A stretch of 32,000 nucleotides of DNA from Candidatus Saccharimonadota bacterium. Its GTDB lineage: Bacteria; Patescibacteriota; Saccharimonadia; Saccharimonadales; Saccharimonadaceae. The notes under the pieces are model-generated. The model saw only the letters and a list, made by a program, of their open reading frames with translations. It was not told where the DNA came from and made no database searches. Shown one piece after another: positions 15,626 to 31,164 of this stretch. Where the stretch lies: NCBI GenBank assembly GCA_001897305.1, contig MKSO01000001.1:150001-182000 (forward strand), read 5' to 3'. The translations under genes were made by a program, and so were the position numbers. Each line of letters starts with the position of its first letter. Positions within the stretch are counted from its first letter, which is position 1.

Positions 15626-18172
15626 ATGAACGAAGATAACCTACCGCAAAACGACAACCTACCCGAAGAGGGTGAAATTCTACAGCCAGAAGTTGTTTCT
15701 GGTGTTGAGCAGAGAACGCTCGAAAACGTTATGGAAGACAGCTTCTTCCGTTATTCAATGAGCGTCATCATCGACCGAGCGCTTCCTGACGTCCGTGATG
15801 GTCTTAAGCCGGTCCACCGTCGTATTCTGCACTCAATGAATGTGAACGGTAACCGCAGTAATGCCAAGTTTGTAAAAAGTGCCCGTATTGTTGGTGATGT
15901 GATGGGTAAGTACCACCCACACGGTGACTCAGCAATTTACGACTCGATGGTGCGTTTGGCCCAGCCGTGGTCGCTTCGTTACCCATTGGTGCAGGGGCAG
16001 GGTAACTTTGGTTCAATGGACGGCGACCCTGCGGCAGCCAGTCGTTACACCGAGGCTCGTCTTCAAAAGTTTTCTGACGAAATGTTGGCTGACATTGAAA
16101 AGCAAACCGTTGATTTCCGTGATAACTACGATGGTTCAGAACAAGAACCAGCCGTCTTGCCGGCCAAGATTCCAAACCTGCTGCTAAACGGACAAATTGG
16201 TATTGCCGTTGGTATGGCAACAAACATTCCGCCGCACAACTTGGGCGAGTTGGTCGATGCTGCGATTGAGCTGATTGATAATGAGCATGCTACTTTGGAT
16301 GACCTTCTTAAGCACGTGAAGGGCCCTGACTTCCCAACTGGTGCCGTGGTGTATGGCGGTGCGCCAATGAAACAGGCCTATCTTACTGGTCGCGGTAGCG
16401 TAACAATGCGCGCCGTAGCAAATATTGAAGAAACGACTAAGGGTCGCCATCAAATTATCATTACCGAGATTCCGTACGGTGTAAATAAAGCATCACTTGT
16501 TGAAAAGATCGCCGAACTCTATAAGGAAAAGAAGATCAACATTAGCGACCTTCGCGACGAAAGTTCTCGAGGTAAAGTGCGTATTGTTGTCGAGGTGAAG
16601 AAGGATGGCTATCCAAAGAAGGTGCTCAACCAATTATATAAGCTAACTGCTCTACAAAGTAGCTTTAATTACAACATGCTGGCTTTGATTGACGGTATTC
16701 AACCAAAGATTCTTGGCTTGCAAGAGATGCTTGAAGAGTTCGTCAAGCACCGGCAGAAAGTGGTTCGCCGCCGTACCGAGTTCGAACTCCGTAAGGCTAA
16801 GGAGCGTGCTCACATTCTTGAAGGCTACAAAATTGCTCTCGACCATATTGACGAAGTTATTCGTATTATTCGCGCTAGCAAGACGAGTGAAGAAGCCCAA
16901 AAGAACCTCATTAAAGAATTTGCACTCAGCGAAATTCAGGCCCAAGCTATCTTGGCTATGCAACTCCGCCGCCTTACTGGCTTGGAGCGCGAAGCAATCG
17001 AGAACGAACTCGCCGAATTGTTGAAAGCAATACAACGCTACGAAGAAATTCTGGCAGATGAAAAAGAGATCTTGGCGATCATTAAGACCGAGCTTCTCGA
17101 GATGAAAGAGAAATACGGTGATGAGCGCAAGTCGCAAATCATCAATCACGAGTTAGGTAAATTTAGTGACGAAGAGCTCATTCCTGAAGAGGAATCTGTA
17201 GTGTTGCTTACAACAGAGAACTACATTAAGCGAACATTAGTAACTGAATATCGCCGTCAAAACCGTGGCGGTAAGGGTAAGCGCGGCATGACTACTAAGG
17301 AAGAGGATGTCATTGACCAACTTATTCCAGCGAACACCCACGACTGGCTCTTGTTCTTTACTAATAAGGGTCGTGTCTTCCGCCTTAAGGCTTACGAAGT
17401 ACCGGCCGCCAGCTTAGCCGCGAAGGGTGTAGCCGCTGTAAACCTGCTGGCTTTACAACCTGAAGAGAAGATTACCTCTATCATTAAACACGAAAAAGAC
17501 GCTAGCGATGAGGGCTACTTATTTATGGCAACTACCAAGGGTACTGTCAAAAAGACCCCGCTCAAAGACTACGCCAACATTCGTACCAACGGCCTTATAG
17601 CCATCAAACTCGATGACGGCGATGAGCTCCGTTGGATCAAGCGCACCTCTGGTCAGGACGATGTAATTATATCAACATCGGCCGGTCAAGCGATTCGCTT
17701 TGGTGAAGCTGACGCCCGCCCAATGGGTCGTTCAGCGCGCGGTGTTCGCGGTGTTCGGTTGCGACCAAATGATAACGTAGTGGGTATGGATATCGTTGCC
17801 AACAACGAGGGTAACCTGCTTGTTCTCAGTCAAAACGGCTTCGGCAAGGTGACTAAGGCTGCCCAATTCCCATCTCACAAACGCGGTGGTGTTGGTATTA
17901 AAGCGGCTATTGTGACCGCTAAGACTGGCCCAATTATGGCCGTACGATCACTTGAAGAAGATACTGAAGAAATTCTGATTATTTCAAGTAAAGGTCAGGC
18001 AATTCGAGTTGGTCTAAAGGATATTCCAGTTATTGGCCGTACGACCCAAGGCGTTCGTATTATGCGCACGGCTGAAGACGACAAAGTGTCATCATTCGGG
18101 TTTGTTCCTAAGCAACAAGCACCAGAAGAAGAAACTGATACTAAAGCAGAAGCAGCTAAAAAAGAAGGGTAG
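15626..18172 (+). CDS. gyrA: DNA gyrase subunit A
   Basis: 848 aa with the catalytic region [16 protein letters not shown]. The QRDR reads [17 protein letters not shown] (wild-type Ser and Asp). C-terminal beta-pinwheel repeats are present. Confidence 0.98.
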   Translation: MNEDNLPQNDNLPEEGEILQPEVVSGVEQRTLENVMEDSFFRYSMSVIIDRALPDVRDGLKPVHRRILHSMNVNGNRSNAKFVKSARIVGDVMGKYHPHGDSAIYDSMVRLAQPWSLRYPLVQGQGNFGSMDGDPAAASRYTEARLQKFSDEMLADIEKQTVDFRDNYDGSEQEPAVLPAKIPNLLLNGQIGIAVGMATNIPPHNLGELVDAAIELIDNEHATLDDLLKHVKGPDFPTGAVVYGGAPMKQAYLTGRGSVTMRAVANIEETTKGRHQIIITEIPYGVNKASLVEKIAELYKEKKINISDLRDESSRGKVRIVVEVKKDGYPKKVLNQLYKLTALQSSFNYNMLALIDGIQPKILGLQEMLEEFVKHRQKVVRRRTEFELRKAKERAHILEGYKIALDHIDEVIRIIRASKTSEEAQKNLIKEFALSEIQAQAILAMQLRRLTGLEREAIENELAELLKAIQRYEEILADEKEILAIIKTELLEMKEKYGDERKSQIINHELGKFSDEELIPEEESVVLLTTENYIKRTLVTEYRRQNRGGKGKRGMTTKEEDVIDQLIPANTHDWLLFFTNKGRVFRLKAYEVPAASLAAKGVAAVNLLALQPEEKITSIIKHEKDASDEGYLFMATTKGTVKKTPLKDYANIRTNGLIAIKLDDGDELRWIKRTSGQDDVIISTSAGQAIRFGEADARPMGRSARGVRGVRLRPNDNVVGMDIVANNEGNLLVLSQNGFGKVTKAAQFPSHKRGGVGIKAAIVTAKTGPIMAVRSLEEDTEEILIISSKGQAIRVGLKDIPVIGRTTQGVRIMRTAEDDKVSSFGFVPKQQAPEEETDTKAEAAKKEG

Positions 18173-18178
18173 GGCCGC

Positions 18179-18616
18179 GTGAAAGAAATAGTTTCGCCGT
18201 ATATTGTCGCAGTTGTAGTGGGCTGGTTGGCAAGCCAACTAATAAAGGCAATCATTGCCGTGCTGCAACACAAACGTCGTGGTATTCGTGCGAACCTATT
18301 TATTTCTGGTGGCATGCCAAGCTCTCACAGTGCAACAATTATGGCCATTTGGACAACCATTCTGGTGCTCGACGGGCCGTTATCTGGTTTATTTGGACTG
18401 GCAAGCGCCTTTGCGCTCGTAGTGCTCTACGATGCCGTAAAGGTGCGCCGTTCATCTGGTGAGCAAGGGGTGGCCTTGACTGCCCTCATTCACGAGCAGA
18501 AGAGTAAAGTACCGCTCCCTCGAGTGGCGATGGGGCACACGCCTTTAGAGGTAATTGCCGGGGCTGTCCTTGGGGTTTTGGTGGGTATTGCTGTCGCCCT
18601 TATAAGCCTGTCGTAG
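18179..18616 (+). CDS. Divergent PAP2 / DUF212 family membrane protein (acid phosphatase/vanadium haloperoxidase-related)
   Basis: 145 aa, GTG start. Motifs GGMPSSHSA, YDAVKVRRSSGEQG and GHTPLEVIAGAVLG are typical of PF02681-type proteins. Confidence 0.85.
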   Translation: MKEIVSPYIVAVVVGWLASQLIKAIIAVLQHKRRGIRANLFISGGMPSSHSATIMAIWTTILVLDGPLSGLFGLASAFALVVLYDAVKVRRSSGEQGVALTALIHEQKSKVPLPRVAMGHTPLEVIAGAVLGVLVGIAVALISLS

Positions 18617-18657
18617 GCGGCTTTACGAAAAAAAGTAAAAATAGTCCGGCAAAGGTG

Positions 18658-18686
18658 TTGACCTAGGGGAATATTTAGAGTACAAT
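18658..18686 (+). promoter_or_regulatory. 16S rRNA promoter
   Basis: TTGACC (18658-18663), 17-nt spacer, TACAAT (18681-18686). Confidence 0.55.
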
Positions 18687-18803
18687 TGGTCAAGTCTGGT
18701 CGAGACGATACGTCATAACCACCAAGTTATGTATCGAAACAATTCGGCAATCAAACGTGGAGTTTGAAATAAAGACGTTCCAGCGCAGCTACGAAAATAG
18801 TGA

Positions 18804-18816
18804 TGCGCTTTAAAAA
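18804..18816 (+). promoter_or_regulatory. boxA-like antitermination element in the 16S leader
   Basis: TGCGCTTTAAAAA matches E. coli rrn boxA TGCTCTTTAACAA at 11 of 13 positions. It lies between the promoter and the processing stalk. Confidence 0.4.
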
Positions 18817-18929
18817 TAACACTTTGACAATTTAGTTGTGCAAATCTTGATCTAGTAGCAATACTAGGTCATATATCATCGTCAGTTAATATATGTATAT
18901 TGAGTCTTGTAATGTCGAACATTACATTT

Positions 18930-20404
<1,475 letters not shown>

Positions 20405-20589
20405 CTAGGGAGAGTTATGCCAGACTATCGAGTAATCATAGTCTGAAGCTAGGTCGGTCTTTTTGATACGCCGAGCTTACGTATCAATGTCGTTCCAGAA
20501 TTTATATTCTGTGAACAAGACTAAGTTCAAAAAAATCTCAGTATACGGCTGACGATGATAGACGGTTTGCACAACTAAGTTGTTAAATA

Positions 20590-20620
20590 CAAATACCTCG
20601 GTTTATGCCGAGGTATTTTT
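20590..20620. terminator. Bidirectional terminator after the 16S unit and after yggT
   Basis: 11-bp perfect stem AAATACCTCGG (20590-20600) / CCGAGGTATTT (20607-20617), 6-nt loop. A T-run follows on the + strand and an A-run precedes it. Confidence 0.7.
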
Positions 20621-20648
20621 GTTAATAATTGAAAATAACTAATAACGT

Positions 20649-20963
20649 CTATTTTTTCTTTTGGATCTGGTGCTCAATAGGTGCCGTAATAAGCGTAATT
20701 ACCCATGTAAGAAGTAAGGCGATGATCGCATATATGATCATGGCAAAGATGGTTGAGAAATCAATCACAAACACACCATCTAATACTTTTGTAGGGAAAA
20801 TACCGCGAAAAGGGTCAAGTATTGAGTTGCTCGTCTCGTATACCCATGAAACAAAGGGGTTGGCAGCGTTGGCTCCAAATAACTTCAGTATAAGACGTAA
20901 GCTTAAAATAGTTTCGACCAGTGCGAACACGATATAAATCGCTTGTGTAACAAATCTTCCCAT
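20649..20963 (-). CDS. YggT family membrane protein
   Basis: 104 aa with an AAGGAG SD. Motifs LRLILKLFGANAANPFVSWVYETSNSILDPFRGIFP and VIDFSTIFAMII fit YggT (PF02325). Confidence 0.85.
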   Translation of the reverse strand: MGRFVTQAIYIVFALVETILSLRLILKLFGANAANPFVSWVYETSNSILDPFRGIFPTKVLDGVFVIDFSTIFAMIIYAIIALLLTWVITLITAPIEHQIQKKK

Positions 20964-21058
20964 AGCGTTCTCCTTATTTAGAGTTGTATGTATATTTTAG
21001 TACCAATATTGTTTAAATACTACCGGTGTCTTTTGGACGTATTATCTCTATAATCATC

Positions 21059-21087
21059 TTGCGATAAAAAGCTTTTTACGGTAGAAT
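21059..21087 (+). promoter_or_regulatory. Promoter for the tRNA-Ala/tRNA-Ile unit
   Basis: TTGCGA (21059-21064), 17-nt spacer, TAGAAT (21082-21087). The tRNA starts 23 nt downstream. Confidence 0.45.
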
Positions 21088-21109
21088 ACTTAGAGTTCTG
21101 CGATAAATG

Positions 21110-21185
21110 GGGCAATAGCTCAGTTGGCTAGAGCACCTGCTTTGCAAGCAGGGGGTCCAGGGTTCGAGTCCCTGTTGCTCCACCA
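21110..21185 (+). tRNA. tRNA-Ala (anticodon TGC), CCA encoded
   Basis: Cloverleaf read by eye. Acceptor GGGGCAA/TTGCTCC with G3-U70, anticodon loop CTTTGCAAG, T-arm CAGGGTTCGAGTCCCTG, A73 and CCA. Confidence 0.95.
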
Positions 21186-21199
21186 CATTTGAATCGCAT

Positions 21200-21235
21200 G
21201 GGGTGAATCTGGCGAAAGTCTGAATCACTCCACCA
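21200..21235 (+). other. tRNA-Ala-like acceptor minihelix ending in ACCA
   Basis: GGGGTGA (21200-21206) pairs with TCACTCC (21225-21231), including G3-U70. The helix is extended and capped by a GAAA tetraloop (21214-21217), then A plus CCA (21232-21235). See findings. Confidence 0.4.
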
Positions 21236-21295
21236 GAACTTATTAACATCAAAGACTTTCTACAAAGATAAGCACGAAGGGCAATCGCCCGACGT

Positions 21296-21372
21296 GGGCG
21301 ATTAGCTCAGCTGGTTAGAGCGCGTCACTGATAATGACGAGGTCGGAGGTTCAAGTCCCTCATCGCCCACCA
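21296..21372 (+). tRNA. tRNA-Ile (anticodon GAT), CCA encoded
   Basis: Acceptor GGGCGAT/ATCGCCC, anticodon loop CTGATAA, T-arm GGAGGTTCAAGTCCCTC, A73 and CCA. Confidence 0.95.
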
Positions 21373-21428
21373 AAAGCTTTCTATGTAGGAGGTCTTTTTT
21401 GTTTGGAGTGTATTTTCTACTTTACGAT

Positions 21429-21710
21429 TTAGTACATACCGAACGGCCATATTTCGGGCCAGTGAATCTTCCATTTGCCAGTGGTAATACGCATAACAAC
21501 TAGGTTAACTCCAAGTGAGACAACCAAAAAAGCGAGGCCGGTAAGTAAGAAAGAGAGCAAGTGATCGCGATTAAAGAATGCCGCGATTACCATGACGATG
21601 CCTCCTCCGAATAAGGAATAAAAGGTTAGGCCCGCAATAATGTAAGCGATGACCGCTAGAATGGCTATGAAAGGATTTGTAGATTTCTTGCTATTTTGCT
21701 TCTTTGTCAT
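21429..21710 (-). CDS. Small hypothetical membrane protein (93 aa from the ATG at 21710; ORF open to 21824)
   Basis: MTKKQNSKKSTNPF followed by three hydrophobic helices. TGgTATAGT extended -10 on the minus strand (21729-21721) lies 11 nt upstream of this ATG. The upstream 38 codons look non-coding. Confidence 0.55.
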   Translation of the reverse strand: MTKKQNSKKSTNPFIAILAVIAYIIAGLTFYSLFGGGIVMVIAAFFNRDHLLSFLLTGLAFLVVSLGVNLVVMRITTGKWKIHWPEIWPFGMY

Positions 21711-21947
21711 AATATTACCCACTATACCACACGGCCTACCTAGCGGTGTCTCGTGCGCGGTGCTATAAAAATTACTATCAAAACCTATTGCAAAACTACG
21801 AAAAAAGGAGTATATTGATATCAATAAGCTACGTACGGCGAGGTACCACTGGCATCACTAGATTTGTATTAAGCAACTAGTTAATTCTATCCATCGACAA
21901 ATGCGAGGTCTGGTGGTAAAAATCAGAGATAAAGTTCGAAAAAACAC

Positions 21948-21976
21948 TTGAACTCATTTGTTCAAAGTGATATCAT
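21948..21976 (+). promoter_or_regulatory. Promoter for the 23S-5S unit
   Basis: TTGAAC (21948-21953), 17-nt spacer, TATCAT (21971-21976). Confidence 0.45.
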
Positions 21977-22063
21977 CGAAAAGTTGTTCAAAAAACGAGC
22001 TTGAGCGCAGACGACGCACACTATGGTGTTCGAAAATGTGCTCTCAAGAGGTGAGACACGGGA

Positions 22064-22076
22064 CGTTAACAATTCA
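22064..22076 (+). promoter_or_regulatory. boxA-like element in the 23S leader
   Basis: CGTTAACAATTCA shares the core TTAACAATT with E. coli boxA plus flank (CTTTAACAATTTA). Confidence 0.3.
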
Positions 22077-22190
22077 AATGATGTAAGAAACGATATTAGT
22101 TTAATGAAAGCAATTTTATTAAACGATTATTTTATAAATTGATGGCTCGAGTAATTTCTGTCCAAAGAAATTTGGTTCTCAGCAATTGCT

Positions 22191-25557
<3,367 letters not shown>

Positions 25558-25721
25558 GCAATTGGTGTGAATCACACCAAAGAGCGTCAATTTTAAGCGT
25601 TCTTACAGCAAGCATCGATACAATAGTTTTAACTCTTATAAGAGTTGGAGCATTGGCATCGAAGCAAGGTTTTAGGCCCACTGATCTTTTTATATCAGCG
25701 CAAAGTGTCTTTAAAACCTTA

Positions 25722-25831
<110 letters not shown>

Positions 25832-25835
25832 TTAT

Positions 25836-25866
25836 AAAAAGACCATCCGAATAGGATGGTCTTTTT
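25836..25866 (+). terminator. Terminator of the 23S-5S unit
   Basis: 13-bp perfect stem AAAAAGACCATCC (25836-25848) / GGATGGTCTTTTT (25854-25866), 5-nt loop, followed by a T-rich tract. Confidence 0.8.
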
Positions 25867-25962
25867 CTTTTATCTTTGTTTTACGGGGTTGAAAAGCGGT
25901 GAAAAGCTTTATCTTTTACAGCGAAACTTGTATACTGATTATGTTTAGCATACCTTATGCGC

Positions 25963-25971
25963 TGCTATAAA
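25963..25971 (+). promoter_or_regulatory. Extended -10 (TGcTATAAA) upstream of the ATPase operon
   Basis: TG at 25963-25964 and TATAAA at 25966-25971, with a weak -35. A GAGGGA SD at 25983-25988 lies 9 nt before the GTG start. Confidence 0.35.
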
Positions 25972-25997
25972 AATAAATTGATGAGGGATACAAAAGG

Positions 25998-26666
25998 GTG
26001 ACGACGGAATATTTACTTGCGGTTATACTAATCGTCGTAGCGGCTATTGTGTGTGCCGGTGGTTTTATAGCTATTTATTGGGCGATGACCCAAAATAGCA
26101 AGCTTATTAAGAAGCAGTCAGAAATTATTGATGATGCGAAACACCGTGTGCAGGCCGACCTCCACAAAAAAGCAACTGACAAGTTTGAACAGACTGTTGA
26201 GCAGAATGCTCAATATCTAAAAAAGGACATCCAGACAACTAGCAAGGCGTTAAATGCCTATGTAAAAACTGAATTTGACGGTGCACTCCATAATGAATTA
26301 ACTTCATTTAAAGAATCGGCCTCCGAGATCGGGAAGGTGTCAAGCGAGGCACTGGCTAACCTTCAAGAATCGATTGCTAAAGAGCAATCTGCAGTCCTAG
26401 CCACCTTTAAAAAGGAACAAGATGCTATTCTGGACGACCTTCGCGCCCAGCACCAAGAGCTAGCTGATAAGGTAAACCAACTGGTCGACGAAGAGGTGAA
26501 GCGGCGTATCGAGCGATTCGAGACTGAAATGTCGCGCATTGTTAGTGCCTATGCTCGCCAAGCATTTGCTAATCGTATCGATATCGATGTACAACTTGCT
26601 TATATTCTTGAAGAACTCGAGCAAAATAAACAGGCTATCGTAGGGGATCTACGTAATGTCACCTAA
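25998..26666 (+). CDS. atpF: F-type ATPase peripheral-stalk subunit b-like protein (one N-terminal TM plus a long coiled coil)
   Basis: 222 aa, GTG start. TM helix LLAVILIVVAAIVCAGGFIAIYW followed by about 190 aa of charged helical sequence. First gene of the b-delta-alpha-gamma-beta-epsilon order. Confidence 0.7.
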   Translation: MTTEYLLAVILIVVAAIVCAGGFIAIYWAMTQNSKLIKKQSEIIDDAKHRVQADLHKKATDKFEQTVEQNAQYLKKDIQTTSKALNAYVKTEFDGALHNELTSFKESASEIGKVSSEALANLQESIAKEQSAVLATFKKEQDAILDDLRAQHQELADKVNQLVDEEVKRRIERFETEMSRIVSAYARQAFANRIDIDVQLAYILEELEQNKQAIVGDLRNVT

Positions 26667-26673
26667 TGTCACA
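26654..26673 (+). repeat. 10-bp tandem direct repeat at the atpF/atpH junction
   Basis: TAATGTCACC (26654-26663) followed by TAATGTCACA (26664-26673), 9 of 10 identical. Confidence 0.9.
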
Positions 26674-27135
26674 GTATTGCCCCTATCTGTTCAGACCCGT
26701 TCCGATGTCGCTCGACTCGTACGGGAGCTGTCTGAGTTTGACGAATTAATTCGCCAGGCTGGCCTACGCGGTACACGCGTGCCAAGTTCTAATCATCTTA
26801 GCGTGCCGCTTCGTGCCACTGCTGAAGTGTTTAAAATCCCGCTCGATAACGCCGATGCGCGTCGCAAGTTTTCGGACAGGCTGAAGTATCTCCATAAAGC
26901 CGCACCGCAAATACACCTTAGCTTTGCCATACAGCCACCTATGCATGTAGTAGACAGTTTGTTATCGTGGTTCCGTACGAACGGACACCCTGCTACTTTA
27001 GTTCAGATTGGTGTCGACCCTTCAATAGTAGTTGGCTGCCGGGTCCGCACAACCAATAAGGTCTTTGATTTTAGCTTTGCAAAATTACTTGATGCCTCAA
27101 CGGCCGTTCTCCAGAAAGAGGTGCGTAGTTTATGA
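26656..27135 (+). CDS. atpH: F-type ATPase subunit delta (OSCP)-like protein, short and divergent
   Basis: 159 aa. The C-terminus VQIGVDPSIVVGCRVRTTNKVFDFSFAKLLD matches the delta C-terminal pattern (vdpsliGG..v..g..v.D.S....L). It overlaps atpF by 11 nt and atpA by ATGA. Confidence 0.65.
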   Translation: MSPNVTVLPLSVQTRSDVARLVRELSEFDELIRQAGLRGTRVPSSNHLSVPLRATAEVFKIPLDNADARRKFSDRLKYLHKAAPQIHLSFAIQPPMHVVDSLLSWFRTNGHPATLVQIGVDPSIVVGCRVRTTNKVFDFSFAKLLDASTAVLQKEVRSL

Positions 27136-28559
27136 ATAATGCCAAAGAAGAATTCCAGAAGTTAGTTAATGAGGGTCAGCCCGTCGGTGAGGTTATAGCG
27201 GTCCATAAGTTTTTCGTGAAAGTTAAAGGTCTTCACCCTATTAGCGTGCAATCGCTCGTCTTGTTCGATGATGGCACTCAGGGCTATGTGCGAGCTACGA
27301 ATAGCGAATACGTCTCTATCTTTTCTATGGGTCCTACACCAGTTCTAGTAGGTGCGGTTGTTGTAAAGTATAGCGAACGCCTCGTGACACCAGTAGGAGA
27401 GGGCCTGATCGGCCGTGTTATTTCGCCGCTTGGTGTACCCCTCGATGACAAAGGCCCCTTAAAAGCCACCAGTACATGGCCTATCTTTAACGTTGCACCT
27501 GCCATTCACGAGCGTGAAGTGCTTAATGAGCTATTAGAAACAGGGGTCGCAATGGTTGACTCACTGTTTCCTATTGTTAAAGGTCAGCGCTTGGCAATTA
27601 TAGGTGACATGAAGGGTGGTAAAACGACGTTGGCCACCCAGGTAGGTATGTATCAGAAGAATAGCGATGCGGTAGTAATTTATACGCTCATCGCTAAGCG
27701 CCAAGGTGATATTGATGAACTTGTTACAACATTGGAGAAAAATGGTTCATTAAGTAAATCAATTGTAATTGCTACAACAATATTTGATTCGCTGGTGACG
27801 AGTTACTTAGCTCCATATGTTGCCTGTGCGATTGGTGAATACTTTTGGCAAGAAAAAGATCGTGATGCGGTGGTTATTTATGACGACCTTACCTCGCATG
27901 CACAGATCTATCGTGAGATTTCATTGATATCGGGTACGAACCCAGGGCGTGACTCATACCCTGGTGATATTTTCTATATCCATTCGAGCCTTCTGGAGCG
28001 AGCAGGAAAGCTGCATCGCAATCATAAAACGCTGACTGCGTTGCCGGTGGTGCTAGCTGGTGGGGGTGATGTGACTGCCTTTCTCCCTACCAATATCATT
28101 TCTATTACTGATGGACAGTGGATACTCGACAGTGAAGTGTTTAAAGAGGGCTTCAGACCAGCTGTAAGCTCGTCTCTGAGCGTTACTCGTGTTGGTGGTC
28201 GTGGACACACAAATAGGCAGAAAGACGTCGCAGGGCGTATCCAGAGGGCTCTCAGTGCCTATCGGCAGGCCCTCGAGTATTCTCACTTTGGCGCCGAGCT
28301 ATCGACGGTTACCATGAACGACCTGCGGATCGGTACTATACTCAAGGCGGTACTCAATCAATTGCCTGGAGAGGCGTATCCGCTCCTTGCCCAGCAACTC
28401 CTTATAGAGACCATCCTTGATTCTACGGCTGATACTAAACTCCCCGACATTTCAGAGCTTAAGGCCCAAGCTTTAATGCACTCTGAGGGGATCAGTTCGA
28501 GCCTGTCGTACGAAGATGTATTAGCGTTGTTTAAAAAGCAATACGGGGTAAAGGGGTAG
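27132..28559 (+). CDS. atpA: F-type ATPase subunit alpha (divergent, 475 aa)
   Basis: Walker A GDMKGGKT. Also VIYDDLTSHAQIYREISL, PGRDSYPGDIFYIHSSLLERA, PTNIISITDGQ and the Arg-finger context LSVTRVGG. Confidence 0.9.
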   Translation: MNNAKEEFQKLVNEGQPVGEVIAVHKFFVKVKGLHPISVQSLVLFDDGTQGYVRATNSEYVSIFSMGPTPVLVGAVVVKYSERLVTPVGEGLIGRVISPLGVPLDDKGPLKATSTWPIFNVAPAIHEREVLNELLETGVAMVDSLFPIVKGQRLAIIGDMKGGKTTLATQVGMYQKNSDAVVIYTLIAKRQGDIDELVTTLEKNGSLSKSIVIATTIFDSLVTSYLAPYVACAIGEYFWQEKDRDAVVIYDDLTSHAQIYREISLISGTNPGRDSYPGDIFYIHSSLLERAGKLHRNHKTLTALPVVLAGGGDVTAFLPTNIISITDGQWILDSEVFKEGFRPAVSSSLSVTRVGGRGHTNRQKDVAGRIQRALSAYRQALEYSHFGAELSTVTMNDLRIGTILKAVLNQLPGEAYPLLAQQLLIETILDSTADTKLPDISELKAQALMHSEGISSSLSYEDVLALFKKQYGVKG

Positions 28560-28565
28560 TTTTCT

Positions 28566-30745
<2,180 letters not shown>

Positions 30746-30746
30746 G

Positions 30747-31013
30747 ATGGCGGTAGACGAGAATGAGACCCTCCTTTCGGTAAAGATATTCTCTCCTCGA
30801 GAAGTGTATTACGACGGCAAAGCACAAAGTCTATCGGCCGCAAACGATACGGGGCATTTCGATATTTTGCCATTGCACCATAGTTTTATTACGCTTTTGA
30901 ATGCCGGTACGGTGACGGTTGTTCAGCAGGCGGGCCAGTCTAGGGTACTCGAAATTGAAAAAGGCCTTTTGCGGGTCAAAAACAATCAAGCTGTTGTATT
31001 TCTTGACATATAG
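30747..31013 (+). CDS. atpC: F-type ATPase subunit epsilon, N-terminal beta-sandwich only
   Basis: 88 aa. LSVKIFSPREVYYDGKAQSLSAANDTGHFDILPLHHSFITLLNAGTV fits the epsilon N-terminal-domain pattern. The usual C-terminal helical hairpin is absent. Confidence 0.8.
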   Translation: MAVDENETLLSVKIFSPREVYYDGKAQSLSAANDTGHFDILPLHHSFITLLNAGTVTVVQQAGQSRVLEIEKGLLRVKNNQAVVFLDI

Positions 31014-31100
31014 ACGTTGTAATAACAACATTATTTTCTTCAGAAAAGACCCTTTCAAAAAATGTGTGCATTTATGTACAATAATTTTCTTCAAAATCTA

Positions 31101-31129
31101 TTGTTTTTCTCGAGGATAAACCTTATAAT
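31101..31129 (+). promoter_or_regulatory. Promoter for the downstream secreted-protein genes
   Basis: TTGTTT (31101-31106), 17-nt spacer, consensus TATAAT (31124-31129). Confidence 0.45.
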
Positions 31130-31164
31130 TTTTACCACAAGCATCAACAAAAACAGGTGATGAA

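Noticed and set aside
18824-18852. Second rRNA promoter at the perfect TTGACA (18824-18829)
   Set aside because: No acceptable -10 lies 16-18 nt downstream (TTGATC). A start there would remove the 5' strand of the 16S processing stalk (18832-18844).
26666-26668. Alternative atpH start at the ATG of the second repeat copy
   Set aside because: That ATG is out of frame with the delta-like ORF and opens only a short reading frame.
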